Below are positions 53,981 to 64,000 of a DNA stretch of 64,000 bases, one piece after another. Source of the DNA: Chrysomallon squamiferum (taxonomy: Eukaryota > Animalia > Mollusca); contig CM022670.1 in the NCBI GenBank assembly GCA_012295275.1, positions 25,420,001 to 25,484,000 of the forward strand, in the 5' to 3' direction. Every line of letters begins with the position of its first letter. Within the stretch, counting starts at the first letter, position 1. A program made the translations under genes and the position numbers. The notes under the pieces are model-generated. The model saw nothing but the letters and a program-made list of their open reading frames with translations. It searched no databases and was not told the origin of the DNA.

Positions 53981-55171
53981 ATGTACAGCCTGAAACAGTT
54001 CAGATCGAAGGAGTTTATATACTACTCGACCCCTTATCTGATACTTGTTATAATATTTTATTATATTTATGTGACAAGTCTGCAGTATAGGAACCTGGCA
54101 TTAAGGATATTTAACAACACGCACGTTGTCTTGAAAAGCGCTGTTGAGAATCCTGACGGTACTATCGATGTAGTTTTAAATGTTCCAGGCCCTTCAGAAC
54201 GATTTGCAGAACTTCTCAGAAGAGGACATCTTAGTCACCCAGACACAGGCTGCAGAGACGAACATTCCAAGAAGAACCTCAAAAGAACGCATTATCCATT
54301 AACCATCGATTCTCCATACGTGTTGAATAATCCTAATGTGTGTACAAACGTAGACAATTTGAAATTCATAATTATCGTTCATAGTGCAACAGAGAACTTC
54401 CAGAGACGCAGAATTATAAGAGAAACGTGGGCCAACAAGAACATTTTTAAAACAATTAACTTAAGAATAGTGTTTTTATTTGGCTTAACGAAAGTAAAAA
54501 AAACTCAGGAACTGATAGAAAACGAAAGTGTTGTGTATGGTGATATCGTGCAGGGAAACTTTTTAGACACCTATCACAATCTGACTCACAAGGGAGTGCT
54601 GGCTTTTAGATGGATACACGACTTCTGTCAAGAAGCTGAAATGGTTGTCAAAATAGACGATGATTTGTTTCTTAATGTTTTTGTGCTCTTGGAAAGATTT
54701 TACCCAAAATTCAAGACAAAGAAACGCTATATTTTATGTCATTTTCGAAAGAAAGGTACCAGTCCCATTGTAAGAGGAGTGAGCAAATGGCACGTTGAAG
54801 AAAACGAGTTTCGGGGTTACTCGCATTATCCTACCAACTACTGTAATGGCTACCTTGTACTGATATCACGTGACATCATACGGCCATTGTATCGAGCATC
54901 GTATCTCACGCCCTTCTTCTGGGTTGACGATGTTTACCTGTACGGGTTACTTCCAGATAAAATAGGTCATGTTCACCATGAAGATATACGTTCGAATATG
55001 ACTTTAAATTTAAATCTAGGACTTAAATGTTTCACAGAAAAGAAAAATTGTTCATACTTGGCAGTAAATGCTGGGGGCAAAGAAAGCGCGGTTGAGAACA
55101 TGTGGTACGCAGTTCTATCACAGATCAGTCCGACAATGAGAAAAGAAGTCAATCCCATTCTACTTTTCTAA
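53981..55171 (+). CDS. Beta-1,3-galactosyltransferase-like glycosyltransferase (GT31), copy 2, 396 aa
   Basis: Single coding exon, with a likely acceptor ttatttgcag ending 53870. N-terminal TM segment YLILVIIFYYIYV. Motifs: RRRIIRETW, VFLFG, ESVVYGDIVQGNFLDTYHNLTHK, KIDDDLFLN (DxD at 54656-54664), SKW, YCNG, VDDVYLYG. AATAAA at 55345-55350. Confidence 0.93.
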   Translation: MYSLKQFRSKEFIYYSTPYLILVIIFYYIYVTSLQYRNLALRIFNNTHVVLKSAVENPDGTIDVVLNVPGPSERFAELLRRGHLSHPDTGCRDEHSKKNLKRTHYPLTIDSPYVLNNPNVCTNVDNLKFIIIVHSATENFQRRRIIRETWANKNIFKTINLRIVFLFGLTKVKKTQELIENESVVYGDIVQGNFLDTYHNLTHKGVLAFRWIHDFCQEAEMVVKIDDDLFLNVFVLLERFYPKFKTKKRYILCHFRKKGTSPIVRGVSKWHVEENEFRGYSHYPTNYCNGYLVLISRDIIRPLYRASYLTPFFWVDDVYLYGLLPDKIGHVHHEDIRSNMTLNLNLGLKCFTEKKNCSYLAVNAGGKESAVENMWYAVLSQISPTMRKEVNPILLF

Positions 55172-55905
55172 AAGAATCACAATTATAAATCTTAAATGTT
55201 TCCCTGAGATTCTTGAATTTTTCTCACAAACTAAACTATTAGTTATTTTCAGATCTATATTATTTCGTAAACTTGTTACATACATTATTTAATTGTGACA
55301 AACAATGCATAAAACTGTATCTTTGTTAACTAATCTTTCGCAATAATAAAGCATGCCAATAGATTTTTGTTTTTATAATGACGTCATTTCTTCTGAGATC
55401 AATATATCACGGATTTGTGATGTTTGCAGTTTACTAAAATATGAAATGACGTCACAAAAACATTCATGAGGGTTTTATAGTTGTTATTTTCTTTTCTTTT
55501 TATATATATATATATTTTTTTTTAATTCTAAATACTTTTATACTGGAGATGAGAGGAACTATGATAATTATACTGTATCTCTTACTATACGGCGGCAATA
55601 AATATATATAGAGACTTCGTTTGTTTTGCTCTTCAACAATGATATAAACAATATTGATAATAAATAATGACAATAAAGAAATCATATTTAGTCTATGTTT
55701 TATATTATGTTTGAATTATTTTTGTAAACAGTTACTGCGATTAAAATTATGTTACAGAGATGACAGACGTTTTCTTTTATTTTTTTAAAATCATATATAT
55801 TATGTTAATCTATAGAGAAAATAAATCAGGATAGCGAACATTTTTATTATTACTGTATTCGGTTTATGACATTTTAGAAAATATAGAGCCAACTGCTCAC
55901 AATTC

Positions 55906-56021
<116 letters not shown>

Positions 56022-56328
56022 AAATTATTTAAGATGTAAAAGCAAATAAGGAAGTACTAAATGAAAAGATCCTCTCCACCTTCCTCCTTAAACAAATATT
56101 AACAAAAGAGTCGATTTTGTGAACCATGTTTTTCTTCTTATTTTCTTTAGTTGCACTTTCATGTCCTATTTCTCAAACGGAACTACAAATCAAATATGTA
56201 TTACATTATAACGGTCACGTTTGGGCAACAGAGGATAAAGTGAAACATAAGTTTGTCAAAATTTTCTTTCTGACCCCTTAGAACGAAAGAAATGATTTGT
56301 CTGAATAGATTGTTTGCTTAGGAAAATA

Positions 56329-57527
56329 GGTTATGGCCAACGAAGTCGACAACTCGTATAAATGATCTTAAAACTGTGTCTGCTTAGCAGGACATGTACT
56401 AGAGATGACACTGTACCACAGCTATTACTACTACTACTACTATTACTACAATTCAAGTTGAATTCAGTTTAATTGTTTTCCAAATCAGCATGACTATTAA
56501 TACAAAAGAGACAAGAATACAGTTATAAAACAGCAACAGTTGTGTAACAGGATACAGTATACAAATACAGGGGAAAAAATTAAACGCAAACGCTCATCCG
56601 ATCGAGCTTAATCTCATTCTTTGGCACGGGTCCACTCTCCTTCTAAATTGATATCCTGTTTTGTCTGGGTTAGTCGGAGTAGGATTTTGTGTCGCTTTCG
56701 GGTATAATAGCATTATTATGATGGCACTAAAATGTGGAATCGTTCTTCCTGAGATTGGAAATCTCATCAGCATAAATCTTAGGAATTGGCGTTGTTTCCA
56801 TTTTAGCTTGGTCCATGAGTTTCTCCTTAAACACATCAACTTGCTTAATAAATGGCACTGCCGCGTGGTTGTTCTGTAGCTGGTCTGCCATCTGGAGCAT
56901 GTTGTCCACAGTCACAACGTAGGCTCTGCATTGCGACGTAGCACACCTCCAGGAAATTTTCTCTCCACTCTTTCTATTTACGCGAAATTTAAGTTGGTTG
57001 CAATGATGCAAATGTTAGACGCCTGTTAACGGGTCGATAAAAGTCACTCTAAATTGTGTAGCTGCCATAATGTTAAATGTGAAATAGTCTTCCATTTTGA
57101 TATAAAACTTTATATAGATTAAACTGGGAAAAGAAACAATGCACCAGCGCCTGCTCAATATAAGTGAAAGATACATTTACTACCCAAAACAGTAAATTGG
57201 TAGAGCATAATACAAATAAATAAATTAAAAAAAATAAAAATAAACGCACCGTTACTTACTCAAGAATAGGAAACTTAATTACAAATTCTACCCAGGACAG
57301 TAATCACGTAACTTTCTATACCGTTGAAACAAACATGGTTCATACCACAGAGCAGAACATGCAAACCAATTAGATCTGTGTACCACAGGGCTCTCATCTG
57401 GTTGTTAACAAAACAAAAAAAGCGCAGAACTTATAAAGCAATTAGTTATGTCTACGTCCCGGGTATTTTATTATTCTACGTCCCGATACTAAATAAAATA
57501 GATTTGTCGACTTCCCGGGTCTACACC
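56329..57527 (-). mobile_element. Mutator-like element (MULE), internally deleted, carrying a decayed FLYWCH-transposase 5' fragment
   Basis: Imperfect 27-bp TIRs sharing a GGT terminus and a GAAGTCGACAA core. 8-bp target duplication GGAAAATA (56321-56328) and GTAAAATA (57528-57535). A single GTAAAATA is present at the paralogous empty site 40518-40525. Subterminal TCTACGTCCCG repeats. Confidence 0.85.
56594..57068 (-). pseudogene. Truncated FLYWCH zinc-finger/MULE transposase pseudogene
   Basis: ATG at 57068, in-frame TAA at 57017-57015, then FRVNRKSGEKISWRCATSQCRAYVVT...NNH (FLYWCH-like) and KEKLMDQAKMETTPIPKIYADEI. After frameshifts come IPHFSAI and RKRHKILLRLTQTKQDINLEGEWT, resembling MULE transposase N-termini. 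The DDE domain is absent. Confidence 0.75.
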
Positions 57528-57964
57528 GTAAAATACCTGTTGTGGCTGTTTGCAAAGGATTGATACAGAATAAGTGTAGACAGATTAATGTCTTGCATTT
57601 CATTCATTATTCGTTTAAAAAAACGCAACTGCCAGCACCAAAAGCATTAATAATATAAACATTTAAAAAGCAGGATGTTATGAGAAACATAATATTTTTG
57701 ACAAAGTCACACAGTAAATACATTCACAGTGACAGCGACAGACAGACAGACAGACAGAGAGAGAGAGAGAGAGAGAGAGAGGGGAGAGAGAGAGAGAGAT
57801 AGTCATATGAATACTTATTTTTAGCCACATATTAACAATGATTAAATGTCATATTTTCTGTGAAATATAATAATAACAAAATAATTTATTTTTAAATTTA
57901 AATTTTATTTTTTTCATAACTAGAGTTATTATCAAAAATATTATGTACAGTCTATTATGTACTC

Positions 57965-59038
57965 CTATTGCTTTCCCACTGTGGAAGTAACATTATGATA
58001 TAACACCACTGGATTCACTTCATTTTTCATTTCAGGTCCTAGCTGAGACACTGCTGCGAACCACATCTTTTCGACGGCTTCGATCTTTTTCCCAGCAAGC
58101 ACAGCCAAATAAGAACAGTTTCTGGTTTTCGTGTAGCAGCCGTGAATCATTCCAAACAAGTAAAGATCATCTAACCAAAAGAAAGGAGTTATGTAAGCAG
58201 CTTGATATAGCGGATATATTAGGTCACTCGATATAAGAACTAGGTACCCTATGCAGTAGTCAAATGGATATTTGACATAGCCACGAAATATTTTCTTTTC
58301 CACAACCCAGTTAGTTTTCCTTCTGTGGATGGGGTTGGTCCGTTTCTTTCGAAAGGGACAAAGCACGGAACGTTTTCTCGAAATTAATTTAGGATAAAAC
58401 TTGTCCATTAGAATGAAAACGTTGAGAAATACAGTTCGTTCAGCTTCTTGACAACATTCATGTATCCATCTGAAAGCAAGAACTCCTTTGTGAGTCAGAC
58501 TGTGATACGGGTCTAGGAAATTTCCCTGCACGATATCACCATTCACAACACTTTCTTTTTCTATCAGCTTCTGAATGCTTTGGTTCTTCGGTATTCCAAA
58601 GAAAAACAGTGTCCTGAACTGAAATTTAGGAAACATATTTCTGTTGGCCCACGTTTCTCGAATTATTCTGCGATTTCTAACATTTGTCGTCGCACTGTGG
58701 ACAATGATTAGAAACTTTAAGTTTGTCACATTTACACAGATACTGGGATTGTTTATTATGTAAGGTGATTCGAGAGTCAGTGCATACTGTGTTCGCTTTG
58801 AGATTTTTATGAAGCTAGAAGTTTTAATTTCATTTTCTTTTGCATAGGCTACTTTTTTCTGAGAATCATTTAACACTGTTACATTAGTAATACTATTGGT
58901 CTTCATAAGGAGATGTTTCAACACATTCTTGCTGTCGAGAAATATATATCTATTATTAATACAAAGTAAAAAATAATTTGTTATCAATAATAGCAGTATA
59001 AAAAAGATAAGGAAATTAATTCGTTTGGTCTGCACCAT
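57965..59038 (-). CDS. GT31 beta-1,3-galactosyltransferase-like copy 3, 357 aa, lacking the DxD motif (pseudoenzyme or young pseudogene)
   Basis: Intact ORF with a TM anchor and a likely upstream acceptor (exon begins 59137). Clear paralogue of copy 2 (RRIIRETWAN, GDIVQGNFLD, LTHKGVLAFRWIH, TPFFW, NCSYLAV, EVNP). CQEAE-RTV-FLNVF replaces CQEAE-MVVKIDDDL-FLNVF, and about 23 aa are missing after YLFG. Confidence 0.8.
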   Translation of the reverse strand: MVQTKRINFLIFFILLLLITNYFLLCINNRYIFLDSKNVLKHLLMKTNSITNVTVLNDSQKKVAYAKENEIKTSSFIKISKRTQYALTLESPYIINNPSICVNVTNLKFLIIVHSATTNVRNRRIIRETWANRNMFPKFQFRTLFFFGIPKNQSIQKLIEKESVVNGDIVQGNFLDPYHSLTHKGVLAFRWIHECCQEAERTVFLNVFILMDKFYPKLISRKRSVLCPFRKKRTNPIHRRKTNWVVEKKIFRGYVKYPFDYCIGYLVLISSDLIYPLYQAAYITPFFWLDDLYLFGMIHGCYTKTRNCSYLAVLAGKKIEAVEKMWFAAVSQLGPEMKNEVNPVVLYHNVTSTVGKQ

Positions 59039-60804
59039 TTTCAGTTCATTTATTCAACAAAGACTGCAAGTTGTACTAACTGTAGTTTTTTTCATTAGTC
59101 CGTTACTTTCTCATTATCCGGTTTACAGCAGTCGAATCTGTAAATAAAAAAATAAAAATAAAGTAATTTCTATACAGTCTTTTGTAGTATAATGCGCTCA
59201 TTGGTTTTCATTACCATCATTTTCAGACAGATATAGATGTAAAACAGTTTTTATAACAACAAATATATGGAATTTTTCTTGTTCACGTGATAGACTTTTT
59301 CCTGGACTTTCAATCCACTGTTGGGTGTCTTGGTTGATGAGCATAATGACAGTGGCTATTGCGCTGAAGCGTACAGCCATATCACTTAATCCCTTTCTAA
59401 TCTCTACAGGCTGCTAAGTTAGTTTATATAATTCGTCTCGAGTAACTGAATCTCCTGTAAGCAGACTTTTACACGTTATTTCACTTAAAGAAATAGAATT
59501 TTAAGAATAATGTTTTTGTTTTGTTTTGTTTTTTTATTTGTAAATACGAACATAGTTATATTCATTAAATCATAAAAATCATTTTATTATTGGAAGTATC
59601 TGCTCTACACGGCTAGATTAGCACCACTTGGAGATGGATGTCAAACTGTAGCGAACGCCGTGTAAGAACTATTCCCAACACACGTTTTACAATAAAAACC
59701 AATTCTTGGTGGCATCACTACGCTACCTGGTCAACCGTGGAAGCCATATCCGCACTTAAATTCGATCTGCAAATAGACGCATTACATACGTAACTATCCG
59801 AGTTATAACGAAGTACTGTCTGATGAAAATTTAATTAGGGCAAAATATCGACTGTTTTGTTCTACCTCGCGAAGCCGTAGTAAAGGAAGTATTTGAAACC
59901 TTCTCGTCCTTATCAGTTTAAATGATGCGAACAATTGCTTTGTAAGACCCTGTATTGTTATTTTGAACAGTCGCAGACATATTACCTCTTTTGTATTATT
60001 ATACATTAAATTTAAAGATAATAATGGTATGAAAAAAATCATAATTATTATGCCCTAATGTTCTTGGTTTCTTGATAATGTTTTCAAATTCAAAAGTATT
60101 CAGAAACGGTAATAATACACATTTAAACTGTTTCAAAGTACTCTCAATTCATAACAATAGCAATAATAAAGTTGGAAATATCAACTGTCCAGCTTATTTG
60201 TATGTAATGAAGACCCTGCTGATTTCTGATGTTATCTGAGGTGCTACAGATTTTATTTTTGGTTTAGAGCTTTATATTACATGGAAAATGATTTAGTACT
60301 ACATATACATTATGTCAGAAGCAATGATAAATCACCATCATCTTTAAATCGAAATAGCAAATACAATGAATACGTCTGTACATAATACATATATACACGC
60401 AAACACACACACATTCATGCATACATACACACAAACCCACACACACACATATAAATACAGGGGTTCATTGTAATGCATAATACAAGCAAAGGCCTTTTTT
60501 TAATTTTGTATTATAATACAAATAAAATAACTAGTTTCAGTTCAGTGTAAACATGAATTACCGACTTTTTTTTTTTTTTATTACATTCAGCAATTTTAAA
60601 TAACTGTGAAAATTTCATTATGGAATATCTGTGGATCGTTTATATATTTTATATATATATATATATTTTTTTTAATGCTACAAAACTAGATTTTAACAAT
60701 GTAATATAATTTCGTTTTTCTTTATTTTTTTTAATTATGCCTTAAAATTTTATTTTAAAAAGTCAGTGCAGCGCATTGTTTAATATGACGGTTTTGTTTT
60801 CTTG

Positions 60805-60813
60805 TTTTTATTT

Positions 60814-60868
<55 letters not shown>

Positions 60869-60923
60869 TTTTTGTTTGTTTTGTTTTATTTTATTTTATT
60901 TTATTTTATTTTATTTTATTTTA

Positions 60924-60960
<37 letters not shown>

Positions 60961-60980
60961 TTTTTTTTTGTTGTTGTTGT
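60805..60980. repeat. Compound (TTTA)n(TTTTA)n(TTA)n simple repeat
   Basis: Directly visible. Confidence 0.9.
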
Positions 60981-61668
60981 GGTTGTTTTTTGTTCTTCCT
61001 AAAGTGTGATGAATTTTGAAAATTAAAATAATATTTAAAAGCTTCTGTTAGATTCGTTCAATCACATACAAGGAGATTTGTAAAATCATCATCCATATTC
61101 ATCCCTTTACGTATTTCAAACCTTTGCCTTCTGAAAAGAAACTCTCGTTTTCTTCTAGTAAAGAAAGAAATCACCAGATCTGGGTCATGCTACTGTTTAA
61201 CTTCGCAATGTTTATTTTTATAAGGCGTTGGTCACCCGAAGCTGTATTGTTATGAACGACAACATTATCTATTACAGGTATTTAATCAACGTTATCACAT
61301 TAAACAGGTTTTAAAAAATTGTATGTACCTGTCAGCATTCAGAATATAACATCATCTTCACACTGTTCTCTAGTAAATGTTTAAGGAATTTTATTATAAA
61401 TTAATTGTAATGAGTCTTACTTATATTTATTCATTTTAATCATCATAATGTGTGAGGATTTCTTCAGTTAATTAATGTAAACGTGTTTTCTAAATACGTT
61501 ACAATACATAAATATGACAGCCGATCTTTGTATTAAATTTTGTTTTGTTTTCCGTTTTATTAGAGAATTAATTACGAGCAAATAGTTAGACATTGTTCCA
61601 GTTTGTTATAATCATTTCGATTACAAAGATTTTAAAATGGCAACTGATTGAGAATAAAAAACAATATT

Positions 61669-62916
61669 ACAGATAAAAGAGTGATAGCTGCAGAGTGGAC
61701 TGAAAATGTGATTAATCCAAATTCAAAATAAAATCTAATTACGCAATACCTTGACTCTCAAGCCTTGAATCAGTTTTATTAGAATTTAAAATAATAAGCA
61801 TTTTCATTTACTTGTTAAAATGTATATATTTCTATAAAATAAACGTAAACAAATTATTTTATAATAAAGTATTGGTTTTAAACAGGATTCAAATTTCTCT
61901 GCTTATTAAAAAAAAAAAAATAGCCTGACAATCAATCATCCGTCTACTTAGATTTTAAAAACTGTTTTATTGTAACAAACTGTATGAGTTATATATTACA
62001 ATCACAGGTGTTTTCTCTAGTGTCTTCTTGTTGATGCACAACCACAGGACACAAAAGAGAACGCCTACTGAGTTACATAAATTTAGAAGAAAAAGAAAAG
62101 GTTGTTTGAATTGATTACTAAGAGTAGCTGGCTTGCAGAGAAGTTTTTAACCGGGCGATGTAACAATCACCGATTTTTATTTTTTATATTTTGCGTTATG
62201 CGAGATGCTGCATATAATTTCAAACAAATGCAACCTTCTATAAAACAAATCGAATTATTTCAAGTTTTGCAACGTCTTTTATTATGAGAAGTGATTACTA
62301 ATCGCATGAAAACCAAAATTATCTTTCTTACTTTGTAATCAAATTTCTTTCACGATCAAGTAAATTTCCTTACGTTTTTGTTAATTTTCGTCTTTCGCTC
62401 TCTCTAGTTTCTTTCAAACTAAAGATTAAGGAAACACAGTTGTATAAAACTAGGCTTTTAAGATTTTGTTGTTTTCAGTATGATACAATCTCAGGCAACA
62501 AGTCGATATATACATGTCAAGACTGCCCGTAAAGATTAACTTATATATTATATACATTCTGTGATGTCCATTATTTTACTTATAAAATAAATAAATAAAT
62601 AAACAAAGTAATTAAATATAAAAATAATAATTATAATAAAAGGTATCTGTAACAATGAATAATAATTATAATAAAAGGGTATCTGTAACAGTGACACTGT
62701 TCATAATAAAATATCATTAGTTATATAATTATGAAAAGAAAAAAGGTTTATAAAATAAATCATTTTAGAACTCTATATTATCGTATTGTTTAAAAAGAGT
62801 ATCTTAAATCTTGTAATGTACACTGGCCAGAACACCATCGTGCAGATGGTTCCTCAGAGTCATCAGTATTTCAAATAATGAAGTAAATTTAAATAAAACT
62901 GTTTATTTACACAATA
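61669..62916 (-). repeat. Duplicated non-coding block, copy B (inverted relative to 44722-46252)
   Basis: Reverse-complement colinear match over the whole length. It continues into a TG-rich tract matching the CA tract left of the pogo-like element, without the element. Confidence 0.9.
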
Positions 62917-63427
62917 TATTTATATATGTATGTGAGTGCATGTGCGTGTGCATGTGTGTGTCTGAGTGTGTGTGATAATATTTAAACGTATTATTATGGC
63001 TTTATAAAATTTTAAGTTTAGGAATTAAAAACATTTATTGTTACATGATGGCAGGTGGCCAAGTAACTCGTATGTTATTTAAAGATTTTACTTACATTGA
63101 TCTGGATTATGATCGGATTATTGATTGCACTCAAGCAGGCAAACCGCAAGAAGGGTTCTTGTTCCTAAACCTCGTCACTGTCATTTCTCACTAACACATA
63201 AATGCTTATGTGTAGTGTAAGCCAAGCTACATCGTTATAACGCATTGGACTGCATTCTCACTAGTAGAGTTAACTAATAATTAATTTTACTTCATTGATG
63301 GAATAATATATCCTGACAGCTGACACAAAAATGGAATATTCTGAATATTACAACGGTTAGTATATCACAATAAAAATTCACACAAAAGCAAAATAGTAAG
63401 TAAAGCCTTCAACACCCGACACATACA

Positions 63428-63650
63428 CAGGCTGAGGATCCCGTATCCGAAATCCTGACATCCGAAAAGCTCCGAAATCCGAAACCTTTTCCGAGCAGCA
63501 GAAATAATAATATCTTACAGTTTTCGGATTGGAATTCACATTTAGACGTAGATTCTATTCTCATGCTGTCTCCTTATATTCCAAAAATCCGAACTATTCC
63601 GAAATCCGAAACACTTCCGTCACAATCAATTCGGATAAAGTATTTCAGGT
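63428..63650. mobile_element. Tigger-type MITE resembling Tigger4/MER46
   Basis: Starts CAGGCTGAGGATCCCGTATCCGAAA, contains many ATCCGAAA/TTCGGA motifs, and ends ...TATTCCAAAAATCCGAA...TCCGAAATCCGAAACACTTC...TTCGGATAAAG. This architecture is recalled for Tigger4a/MER46. The right TIR is decayed. Confidence 0.65.
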
Positions 63651-63917
63651 ATATAAAAAGGTATATATTTAGATATATTTATATACGGATAGGTTAATGA
63701 TGTGATTTGTTATAACAGACTATGATTTACACGTTACCTTACAGATGTATTTATTGAAAAGGGTTATTATTACCTCGCCTAAAACACTGTAAAACATATT
63801 CGTAGTAATTCAGCTTTAAATATCTCACTATTGTCTACATACAGCAGATGTATATGAGTGTGTTTGTGTGTGTCTGAGTGTGTGCGATAATACATAAAAC
63901 AAAATTGATTAAATAAA

Positions 63918-63922
63918 AATAA

Positions 63923-63981
<59 letters not shown>
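63918..63981. repeat. (AAAT)n microsatellite
   Basis: Directly visible. Confidence 0.95.
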
Positions 63982-64000
63982 AAAAAATAGAGAAGTATAA

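Larger units (their letters stand above)
56027..57728. repeat. Dispersed repeat of about 0.5 kb, copy split by the Mutator-like insertion
   Basis: 56027-56328 and 57536-57728 rejoin to match 40228-40745. Confidence 0.85.

Noticed and set aside
62953-63892. Direct repeat of about 28 bp (TGTGTGTGTCTGAGTGTGTGYGATAATA) about 900 bp apart as element termini
   Set aside because: Largely TG low-complexity, and the enclosed DNA shows no LTR, TIR or ORF structure.

Overview
This is AT-rich, intron-containing animal genomic DNA, not prokaryotic. It is probably a mollusc, inferred from a degenerate V-SINE/RUDI-like repeat recognised from memory. Most ORF-track entries are spurious or are exon fragments. 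The left part (about 0.3-28.5 kb) holds a complete + strand PDS5 cohesin-regulator gene: a non-coding first exon plus 34 coding exons hand-spliced with consistent GT-AG phases, about 1537 aa, with a C-terminal AT-hook. Two related 2.2-2.3 kb TIR elements sit in its introns, and a perfect 30-bp-arm hairpin sits in intron 1. The right part holds three single-coding-exon GT31 (beta-1,3-galactosyltransferase-like) genes: 49888+, 53981+ and 59038-. The third keeps an intact ORF but has lost the catalytic DxD motif and a second segment through two in-frame deletions, making it a candidate pseudoenzyme. The cluster is bracketed by an inverted duplicated block. The surrounding DNA has a pogo-like element, a Mutator/FLYWCH element whose empty site is visible elsewhere in the window, a Tigger4/MER46-like MITE, and many microsatellites. 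No rRNA, tRNA or CRISPR array was seen.
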